A stretch of 64,000 nt of DNA. Source: a virus. The notes under the pieces are model-generated. The model did no database searches and was not told the DNA's origin. It was given only the letters and a program-made list of their open reading frames with translations. The stretch covers positions 29,998 to 93,997 of the IMG/VR virus record IMGVR_UViG_3300043464_001711. One strand, 5' to 3'. A program made the position numbers and the translations under genes. Positions 1 through 7,581 of the stretch are shown here, in pieces. Each line of letters opens with the position of its first letter. Positions within the stretch are counted from its first letter, which is position 1.

Positions 1-195
1 AGTAACTTCTAACACACCATTTTCTGTTTCTATTCTTAAAACATTTTGTATACCAGTGTTATGTATTTTACTAATAGTGTCTTTTTCTATTTCAAAAGTT
101 TCTATGTTAAAAGAATAAACAATATCGTTAATATTTAATTGATTTATAGATTTATCCCCATCAACAGTTTTAACTTTCATTTCACCACTAAAACA
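1..195 (-). mobile_element. Intein N-terminal part (Cys1 codon at 195-193)
   Basis: CFSGEMKVKTVDGDKSINQLNINDIVYSFN...ENGVLEVT matches intein block A and the start of block B; inserted in dUTPase motif 3 after GTVD. Confidence 0.85.
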
Positions 196-594
196 ATCAA
201 CAGTTCCAGGTGTATTCAATACTGTTATACCATTTTTATAAGCCAACCCACTTCTAGGTCTGATTTGCATTTCGTAACCATCAGGTAATTCAAAATATAA
301 TCCTGTGCCGACTAATTTTCTTTCTAAAGGTTTTAGAGAACCACTTTCATTGGCTCTTAAATCAAAACCTGAATCACCTTCTTTTGCGTAAACAGGATTT
401 TTATTATCAGATTTATTAATATATTTAATTTGTATTTTTTCTTTTTCAATTTGACCTTTTTTCTTAGCATCATATTCTTGAACAGATTCAGCTAATTTGA
501 TTGCCATTAAAATTTCTTGTCTTGTAGTTTCAGGTAACATACCCATTTTAGAAAGTTCCTTTAATTCATCTATTTGTTGTTGAATTTCTCCCAT
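1..594 (-). CDS. dut: dUTPase interrupted by an intein (partial, runs off the window start)
   Basis: Not in the ORF track; translated by hand from ATG 594, which overlaps the upstream TAA. Motifs AKEGDSGFDLRA, QIRPRSGLA and LNTPGTVD are followed directly by CFSGEMKVKTVDG. Confidence 0.9.
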   Translation of the reverse strand, partial: MGEIQQQIDELKELSKMGMLPETTRQEILMAIKLAESVQEYDAKKKGQIEKEKIQIKYINKSDNKNPVYAKEGDSGFDLRANESGSLKPLERKLVGTGLYFELPDGYEMQIRPRSGLAYKNGITVLNTPGTVDCFSGEMKVKTVDGDKSINQLNINDIVYSFNIETFEIEKDTISKIHNTGIQNVLRIETENGVLEVT

Positions 595-1307
595 TATTTT
601 AAATTATTTAATTTTGTAATTATATCAACAAGAGCTTTAACATCTCTTTCACAATATTCTTTGATTTCCTCGTGTTTACCCTCCCAATAATTAGTGGTTA
701 CGTTATCACCTTTAACATCACCATTTTTAGGTGAGTCAATATCTAAAACAGAACAAATCAAATCTAAAGAACCTAAAGACCAATTATTACCAAATTGCCA
801 TACTTCTTTAGTATCTACAACCCTTAAGTCCCAAGGTTTAGTTTCATGTGTAGGAAACAATTTAGGTGGTTTCATTCCGTTAATAAAATATCTTTTACCT
901 AAAAAAGGGATGTCAAATATTTTAATACTTTGACCACATAAATCAAAACCAAGTGGTTCAATTTTATCAAAGATTTTTCTAGTTTCAGTTAAGATATGTA
1001 TTTCATCTTCACCATAAAAAGATTCAAATTTAATCTCACCCATTTTTGTTACAAATGCCATAGAAACACAAGCCACTTTACCAAACTCAGGAAAGAATGC
1101 TGCGGTTTGTCTATAAACTTCTTGGTGCATTTCACCAATAGTCATTAATTCAGAATCAATTCTAGATTCGTCAGTAATCTTCTTACGAAAAGAATCGTAA
1201 TAAGACTCCCACATCTTTAACTTATCTTCAGGCATGTCATATAAGTCTTCATATTGACTTACACTTTCAATATCAAAAAATAATAATTTATCTATATTAA
1301 ACTTCAT
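594..1307 (-). CDS. Stand-alone PolB-related DEDDy 3'-5' exonuclease
   Basis: FFDIES (ExoI), FDIPFL (ExoII), YCERDV (ExoIII). Confidence 0.85.
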   Translation of the reverse strand: MKFNIDKLLFFDIESVSQYEDLYDMPEDKLKMWESYYDSFRKKITDESRIDSELMTIGEMHQEVYRQTAAFFPEFGKVACVSMAFVTKMGEIKFESFYGEDEIHILTETRKIFDKIEPLGFDLCGQSIKIFDIPFLGKRYFINGMKPPKLFPTHETKPWDLRVVDTKEVWQFGNNWSLGSLDLICSVLDIDSPKNGDVKGDNVTTNYWEGKHEEIKEYCERDVKALVDIITKLNNLK

Positions 1308-2642
1308 TAGTATGTTCTATTAATTGTTCAACTTCTTTTTGTTTATCATTTAAAATAGTCTTATAGAAAGACGCTCTAGTGTGTGTGACAGTATCTATAT
1401 GATATTTGTCTTTAACAGTTTCATATAGATTATGTGACAATAACTCAACAAGAGTAGGATTTTCTTTTAACTTTTTCAAGGCTTTATACCAGTCCTTATG
1501 ATTTTTAGAAGTGTCAATTAAAATAGCATTACCCTTTTCATTGATATTACCACCGTACTCAAATAAGTTTACACAATCAATCTGGTACGGTCCATAATTT
1601 TGTGCTATTAAAGCTTTTTTATGGAAACCCGACTCAATAACTTTTAACTGAGATTTTACTTTATTAAACATGTGTTCTTTAAGTGGTGACATCGATACAT
1701 CAAATAGATTGTAATTTGATGCATAAGTAGTAATAGGTTTAGTCCAAACCCTACGATATAATTCATTTAAATTATTATAACGTTTATCACTACTTTCATC
1801 ATATTTTTTTAATTGTTTTTGATAATCTTCTGGTAGTAAATTATATTCTTTAGTAAACATTTCTTCATATCTAGCCCATATACTTTCTTGTGGTTCTATT
1901 TTTCTTGTTCTTTGTTGACCAGTATTTCTATCTATTTCAGTTACATTACCTCTAGTATCAAAACCACACAACACCATTTGTGTGTCATTTTTATTTTCAC
2001 CTAAAAATCTACTAACACTATCACCAATAATTTTTAAATCATGAAAATGTGAAGAACCGCCTAACCAACCAAAACGTAAAGTTTTTTCTGTATTTTCTGT
2101 GTTAGGTGTAAATTGTTTTTCGGAAGGGTCAATTGCGTTTGGTAAAACAATTACATTTTTATTTAAAACACTTATTTCTTTAGCGAAAATGGGTGTAGTA
2201 GTTGTTACGTAATTAACTCTTTTAATATTTTCTTTAATTTTTTGTGGTAAATTATCATTAATAATCATCTGATGTGCCGGATGTTCTTTCCCAGGTTCCC
2301 AATAATCATCTAAATCCATTATTGTTATAATACCCATCGAATGGATTTTATCTAAAATAGAAAACATATCTTCCATATAAACTTGTCTTAACATACCGTC
2401 TTTTATCATGGGTAATGTTCTATGGAAATGGACGATATCAAATTTTTTCAAAAAACTATCATCGTAACTAAAATTATCTGTACCAGCCGTAATAATTTCG
2501 ATATAAAAATCATCATTATATAACTCCTGTAATTTCATGTGGGGTTCCACTGAACGAAATTTACTTAACTTACCCCCGTTCTATCTGAAGGAAAAACTAA
2601 AACGTTAATCTTCTGAACGGGGGCATTTATACTTTTTTTCAT
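1297..2642 (-). pseudogene. GT-B glycosyltransferase, frameshifted near the 5' end by a 5-bp duplication (open frame 1297-2550)
   Basis: Motifs DLDDYW, LPNAID, GWLGGSSHFHDL and FNKVKSQLKVIESG. Likely true start is ATG 2642 (MKKSINAPVQKINVLVFPSDRTGVS*); the ACTTA-ACTTA duplication at 2563-2572 breaks the frame. Confidence 0.7.
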
Positions 2643-2991
2643 ATTTATTTATAATTTTATAAATTATTTTATCATCAGAATTGTAATCTGATTCCCATAT
2701 TATTTCTAAATTATAATTATTTTTTTTTGCTAAGTAAACTTTATTATTATCGTATTTCCATATTTGATTAGCCGTCTTTTTTTTAACTTTATTAAAAAAA
2801 TTTTTATCGTAAATTTTTGGGTTACAGTGGAAAAAATCACCGTTAAATTCTATTAAAAGATTATACTTTGGAATTAAAATGTCATAATTTTTTTCTTCTA
2901 CTTGGGACCATCTTTCAAATTTTATATTTAAAGAATTAAGTATTACCCATATTTCTTCTTCATATTTAGAGTGTTTTAACCCAGTTAACAT
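2605..2991 (-). CDS. Vsr/DUF559-like endonuclease domain, probably a truncated homing endonuclease
   Basis: YDILIPKYNLLIEFNGDFFH...IIWESD motif; no N-terminal DNA-binding part. Confidence 0.7.
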   Translation of the reverse strand: MLTGLKHSKYEEEIWVILNSLNIKFERWSQVEEKNYDILIPKYNLLIEFNGDFFHCNPKIYDKNFFNKVKKKTANQIWKYDNNKVYLAKKNNYNLEIIWESDYNSDDKIIYKIINKYEKKYKCPRSED

Positions 2992-3093
2992 TTTCCCTAA
3001 TTTATGATTTTCTTTTATTTTATCAATAACATTATTTTTATTTATAATACCTTTTTATTAGAAACATCTTTAATATCACAAGGAAAAGTATAG

Positions 3094-3124
3094 TAAATAA
3101 AAAACCCGACTTAATGTCGGGTTT
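3094..3124 (-). terminator. Intrinsic terminator (copy 1 of a duplicated hairpin)
   Basis: AAACCCGAC-TTAAT-GTCGGGTTT stem with a T-run on the minus strand. Confidence 0.8.
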
Positions 3125-3141
3125 ATTTTTTTAGTAAAAAA

Positions 3142-3375
3142 TCAATCAATAGCCAACTCAAACTTACGTGTATAAGGATTATATACTTGTTGACTAATAA
3201 TTAAACAATCTTCTTCTTGTTTAAGTGTTGTGTGATTTTTAGTTACTAGTTCACTTTTACCTTCAATGAAAAACGTTTCTGTCACATCATCCATTTGGAT
3301 TACATTTTTTGATCCTTTAACAAAATGTCCTTCTGTGGAAGAAGGTGCTACATTTATTTTAACTTTTGTCTCCAT
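3142..3375 (-). CDS. Small His-containing partner of the DUF6745-like protein
   Basis: 77 aa with STEGH and KNH motifs; directly downstream of the 516-aa ORF. Confidence 0.55.
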   Translation of the reverse strand: METKVKINVAPSSTEGHFVKGSKNVIQMDDVTETFFIEGKSELVTKNHTTLKQEEDCLIISQQVYNPYTRKFELAID

Positions 3376-3428
3376 ATTTATTTTTTATTTTAAATTTACT
3401 AAATTTTATTTAATTAAAAAAGATTTTT

Positions 3429-4979
3429 TTAATACTCATATCTCATTTTTTTGAAATATTCATCCCCTGAAATAGTCACAGTATCTTGTATATCATTTTT
3501 AGTTAATTTATTATTTTTTAACATATAAGTACCTTCATCATCAAAAACAGTACTATATCTTTCACCTTGTCTCTGAATGTATTTTATATGGTTTTTTAAT
3601 TTTTTTGGTATTCTATACAAACTCGCAATCGCGTCTTTAGCGTTTGTATATTTAGGTTCAACACCTAAAAAAAACATTCTATCCGTTGATGGACAATAAC
3701 ATCTAACAAAAGATATGTAAGTCGCATTTACAATGTCTCGTTCAAGAACTCCCATAAATAAAGTGTAAACACCTACATTGTTACTATTTGTTGTTCCTAT
3801 CATAAATTTATCTTCTTTTTTATCCACATAGGTGTCAACTTCCTTTAAAACTTTTGTGAAAAAATCATACAAATATGTATCACCATGTAAATTTCTCATT
3901 ATTGATATTAATAAAGATTTATCTTCTTCATTTTTAATATCCATGAATTCTTCAAATGTTAATGTTTTTTCTTTAATCTTTTTAATTTTTTTAAGTAATT
4001 CTAAATTCACATGTCTATTTTCTATGTAGTCACAAATAAATTTTGTTTCTTCAAATGAGTACCCCCATTCTACCGCAGGACCATGCATATTATGTAAATT
4101 ATTATTTGAATCTAGATGTATTTTTTTAGGATATTTAGAAACAATACAGAAAAGTTCTGAAACTATTGTTGAATAGATATTAGAATCAGTGTATAATTCA
4201 TCCCATAAATCTATTTTTTGATCTATTCCTGTTTTAACATTTAATTCATCTTTAATAAATTTATAAATAGAAAGTCTAGAATTAGATTCTAAATTTGAGG
4301 TATACAAATATTGAAGTTGGTCACTATATTTTTCAGATTTATTTTTTAAATCGTAAATTACTTGGTTTTCTATTTTACGTAATATATTAGAGGTTATATT
4401 ATTTTCTAGACCATTTAATAAACTACCATATAATTTTGTTGTTAAACTTTTTAATAATTTCCTATTGTAAACAGCCATGTCATTTTCAAAATGACTATTT
4501 AATTTAGAAAAAAAGAAAGAACTTAATTTATTATATAACATTTCATTAATTAGTTCAGGATAAATAACACCATCTAATTTTTCATGCATTTTAAATTTTA
4601 ACTGTGAGATTATTTTAGACTTTAAAGATATATCATAATCTGAAGTTAAACCATCAACATATTCTATTTCTTCATGACCCCACTCATATTGTTCCATATT
4701 GTTTATCATACAATAATTAAAATATAGAATGGGTAAAAAATATTTTTTATTTTTAATTATAAAATTGTACAATAATTGTGATTCATAAGGGTTTTCACAA
4801 ACTAATACTATAGGTTTTTTAAAACCAGCGGATTCATAAGTCCAATTAATTAATTTTTCAGCATTTTCTTTACTGAAATTTTTATATCTACTACCGTCTA
4901 ATGAATTTCTAACGTATTTATTGACGTAAGATTTGAATTTTGATTGGTTTTCCGATGTTAATTTGATTAAATTTTTCAT
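3429..4979 (-). CDS. DUF6745-like protein
   Basis: LHNMHGPAVEW and C-terminal VRCYCPSTDRMFFLGV...AKDAIA motifs. Confidence 0.6.
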   Translation of the reverse strand: MKNLIKLTSENQSKFKSYVNKYVRNSLDGSRYKNFSKENAEKLINWTYESAGFKKPIVLVCENPYESQLLYNFIIKNKKYFLPILYFNYCMINNMEQYEWGHEEIEYVDGLTSDYDISLKSKIISQLKFKMHEKLDGVIYPELINEMLYNKLSSFFFSKLNSHFENDMAVYNRKLLKSLTTKLYGSLLNGLENNITSNILRKIENQVIYDLKNKSEKYSDQLQYLYTSNLESNSRLSIYKFIKDELNVKTGIDQKIDLWDELYTDSNIYSTIVSELFCIVSKYPKKIHLDSNNNLHNMHGPAVEWGYSFEETKFICDYIENRHVNLELLKKIKKIKEKTLTFEEFMDIKNEEDKSLLISIMRNLHGDTYLYDFFTKVLKEVDTYVDKKEDKFMIGTTNSNNVGVYTLFMGVLERDIVNATYISFVRCYCPSTDRMFFLGVEPKYTNAKDAIASLYRIPKKLKNHIKYIQRQGERYSTVFDDEGTYMLKNNKLTKNDIQDTVTISGDEYFKKMRYEY

Positions 4980-5008
4980 TTTAATAAGTTTAATATTTTT
5001 AACTACAA

Positions 5009-5016
5009 CAAATATA
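5009..5016 (-). promoter_or_regulatory. Bacteroidota-type -7 promoter element
   Basis: TATATTTG on the minus strand, about 30 nt upstream of ATG 4979. Confidence 0.55.
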
Positions 5017-5069
5017 ATTAAAAAATGTTATTAAACAACATAACAACATAACAATATAAAAAAATATAA

Positions 5070-5100
5070 TAAATAAAAAACCCGACATTAAGTCGGGTTT
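5070..5100 (-). terminator. Intrinsic terminator (copy 2 of the duplicated hairpin)
   Basis: AAACCCGAC-ATTAA-GTCGGGTTT stem with a T-run on the minus strand. Confidence 0.8.
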
Positions 5101-5104
5101 GATA

Positions 5105-5158
5105 TTACTTTTTTGGTGTTCCTTTGCTACCTTTGCAGCCACATCCTTTAGTTCTCAT
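5105..5158 (-). CDS. 17-aa basic micropeptide MRTKGCGCKGSKGTPKK
   Basis: A-rich leader, ATG to TAA; fills the gap between the 5183 gene and the terminator. Confidence 0.5.
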   Translation of the reverse strand: MRTKGCGCKGSKGTPKK

Positions 5159-5182
5159 TTTAGTTTTATTTAATTGTTGTTA

Positions 5183-5755
5183 TTATGTCCTTTTTGTTTT
5201 ATTTGTTAAAACTTTTAACATTTTGACATTTTCTTGGATCATTTTTTTATCGAAATATTTTTCTACAATACTAGGTAAAGCTTTAGCTATTTCTTCAGCA
5301 ATCATTTTTTTAATTACATGAGCATCAAAACCTTGTTGTGTTGGTCCTTTAACCATTTCAACTTTTGTATGTCTTTGTTCTGTTATAAAATCAAATTCAT
5401 CATTCTCTGAATAATAATTTTCTTTTACTGAACTACCATAAGAAGGGTTTATTTCTTTTATATCTTCCTCATCTAAAGAAAACATACCTGGAGCATCAGG
5501 CTGTGGAATAGGGTTTTCCAACATGGCTTTTTGTATTTCAGGTGGTAATTTAGATTCTTTAACTCTTTGTTTATAAGTTTCTCCACCTACGTCTACTTTT
5601 TGTATTTTTGGTGTTTGTGAAACACTTTCACTCAAACCCGCTTGTCTACCACTAACATTAGCCTCTAATAATGAGGTATCTACATTATCATATTTTTTAG
5701 CTCTTTCGTCTATCGCTTTAGCTTTTTGTAATATAGCTTTTAATCTTGGATCCAT
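5183..5755 (-). CDS. Hypothetical phage protein
   Basis: 190-aa ORF tightly packed in the operon. Confidence 0.7.
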   Translation of the reverse strand: MDPRLKAILQKAKAIDERAKKYDNVDTSLLEANVSGRQAGLSESVSQTPKIQKVDVGGETYKQRVKESKLPPEIQKAMLENPIPQPDAPGMFSLDEEDIKEINPSYGSSVKENYYSENDEFDFITEQRHTKVEMVKGPTQQGFDAHVIKKMIAEEIAKALPSIVEKYFDKKMIQENVKMLKVLTNKTKRT

Positions 5756-5757
5756 AA

Positions 5758-6123
5758 TTAAAATTGTGTTATTTTATAAACTCTTTTCATACTTTTATCA
5801 CCAGTAGGGTTAAAAAGTGGTCTAGGTTGGTCAAAAGTTCCACCTAGTATCTGAAAACCTTCTATTCTATCAGCTCTAAAAGTTTTCCAACCAGGTTGTA
5901 TTGTTTTAGTATCACCCCCAACTTGATATACCCTTATTATATCATTATCAGCTAAAGATAAACCATAACAATAAATCTCAACCCACCTTTGTCCTTTACC
6001 CCCTGGGTCTTCTTCGTCATCATAACGTAAACTAACAAGTCTACGTCTATTCATTGCATTCTCTATTTCAGACTTATTTGCAGCCTCTAATATAATACCT
6101 TCTAATAGAGAGTAAAGTTTCAT
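5758..6123 (-). CDS. Stand-alone WYL-domain protein (start revised to ATG 6123)
   Basis: VSLRY...QRWVEIYCYG...RVYQ...WKTFRADRI; the revised start removes the overlap with the upstream gene. Confidence 0.75.
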   Translation of the reverse strand: MKLYSLLEGIILEAANKSEIENAMNRRRLVSLRYDDEEDPGGKGQRWVEIYCYGLSLADNDIIRVYQVGGDTKTIQPGWKTFRADRIEGFQILGGTFDQPRPLFNPTGDKSMKRVYKITQF

Positions 6124-6124
6124 T

Positions 6125-6499
6125 TTACCAATATTGTTCTCCAAAAGTAAAGTTGTAATAATTACTTCCTGCGGTTCCTGGTTTGTATTTGTTACCAGAT
6201 GAATAAAGTAGTGCATTCTTTCTTTGTTCATCAATAAGGGTACCTACACCTCCACCCGGTGTAATTTCACCTCTACCATAGTCATCACCTGTATGCTGTG
6301 CATTAGGGTGTTGTGCATCATATTTTTGTCCATTAAGATTTTTATAAACATTAAAAGTAGTGTTTTGTTGTCTAGTAATTTCACCCTGAACTTTTAATGA
6401 TGGTAATTGGTTTGTGACCCCACCACCCTCTGGGTTTAGTTCTTCTACTGAATCATTATCGGTTAGAACTGGTGCGATTGATTGTGCTGGTCCTGGCAT
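6125..6499 (-). CDS. Hypothetical phage protein
   Basis: 124-aa ORF in the operon. Confidence 0.65.
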   Translation of the reverse strand: MPGPAQSIAPVLTDNDSVEELNPEGGGVTNQLPSLKVQGEITRQQNTTFNVYKNLNGQKYDAQHPNAQHTGDDYGRGEITPGGGVGTLIDEQRKNALLYSSGNKYKPGTAGSNYYNFTFGEQYW

Positions 6500-6966
6500 A
6501 ATTTTTTGTTTTTATCAAAAATTGTTATTAGGTTTTCTATTAACCTCATATTATAAATACCTTCTTGTCTTAAAATTTTATTTGTATCACTATCGTGATC
6601 TTCATTATCTATTCTAACGTTAGGTAATTCTATTTTATTTGAGGCACCTATATTATCCATAGAATCTTTAGTACCTTTAATTCTTTGTCTTGCGTCTGAT
6701 AAAGTTTTTTCAACCCAGTTTTTCATTAAAGTACCACCATTCAATAAATAAGGTGTACTTTTCTTACTCCCCTGATAGTTATCAAAAAAATTTTTTATTA
6801 ATTTTAATTGTTCATAACTAATACCATCTTTATCTATTAATTTTTTAAGTCTTTGGTGACCTTCTTCATTTTTAGCACCTTTATATGCGTTAAAAATTAA
6901 ATTTAAATGGTTTTTAATTTTTTTATCAATATCAAAAGATTGTCCTTGTAATTCTGAATTAGCCAT
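6463..6966 (-). CDS. Hypothetical phage protein
   Basis: 167-aa ORF; start overlaps the upstream stop. Confidence 0.65.
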   Translation of the reverse strand: MANSELQGQSFDIDKKIKNHLNLIFNAYKGAKNEEGHQRLKKLIDKDGISYEQLKLIKNFFDNYQGSKKSTPYLLNGGTLMKNWVEKTLSDARQRIKGTKDSMDNIGASNKIELPNVRIDNEDHDSDTNKILRQEGIYNMRLIENLITIFDKNKKLCQDQHNQSHQF

Positions 6967-7532
6967 TACATAATTTTCTTTTTAAGTTCATTTTTATATT
7001 CAACAGGTATATCAGTCACGTCCATACTTAAAAGGTAATTTAACATGATAGCTTTTTCCTCACCAGTTGCTTCACCTTTTTCTATTAAATCTTTAAGATT
7101 TTGAACTTTTCTAATTAAAATGGGGTTTGTATCCCTTATAGTATCTATTTCTGGGATAGCATTTAATCTTAAATCACTTTTGGTTTTTTGGACAAACTCT
7201 TTATCAAAATCTTTTTTAGTAAAAATATCTTCAATTAAAGAATCCATCTTGTGTCTAGACACTTCATCCAAACTTACGTTTTTTTTAATTTTATTTTTTT
7301 TCTTTTTTGGTTTTGATTTAATTTCATCACCCTCTAATTCATCGTCTTCACCTAGATATGTAACCCTACCATAATTATTATATTGGTTCCAGCCATTTTG
7401 TCTAACCATTTGTATCCTATCGTCGGTGGTATACTTTGAGGATGTCATATTATCATCTTGATTAATAGGTTCATCACCTCTAATCTTAGCACCATTTTTA
7501 CCTATAAACTCATTTAAAAATAAAATATTCAT
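6966..7532 (-). CDS. Hypothetical phage protein
   Basis: 188-aa ORF preceded by TATTTATA (7553-7546, minus strand). Confidence 0.65.
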   Translation of the reverse strand: MNILFLNEFIGKNGAKIRGDEPINQDDNMTSSKYTTDDRIQMVRQNGWNQYNNYGRVTYLGEDDELEGDEIKSKPKKKKNKIKKNVSLDEVSRHKMDSLIEDIFTKKDFDKEFVQKTKSDLRLNAIPEIDTIRDTNPILIRKVQNLKDLIEKGEATGEEKAIMLNYLLSMDVTDIPVEYKNELKKKIM

Positions 7533-7581
7533 GAATTACTTTTCTTATAAATATCAGGTAATTCATGAATATTTAAAAGAT

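Noticed and set aside
2605-2991. Group I intron carrying the endonuclease inside the glycosyltransferase
   Set aside because: The glycosyltransferase N-terminus lies at the endonuclease's 3' end rather than upstream of it, and no intron core is recognisable.
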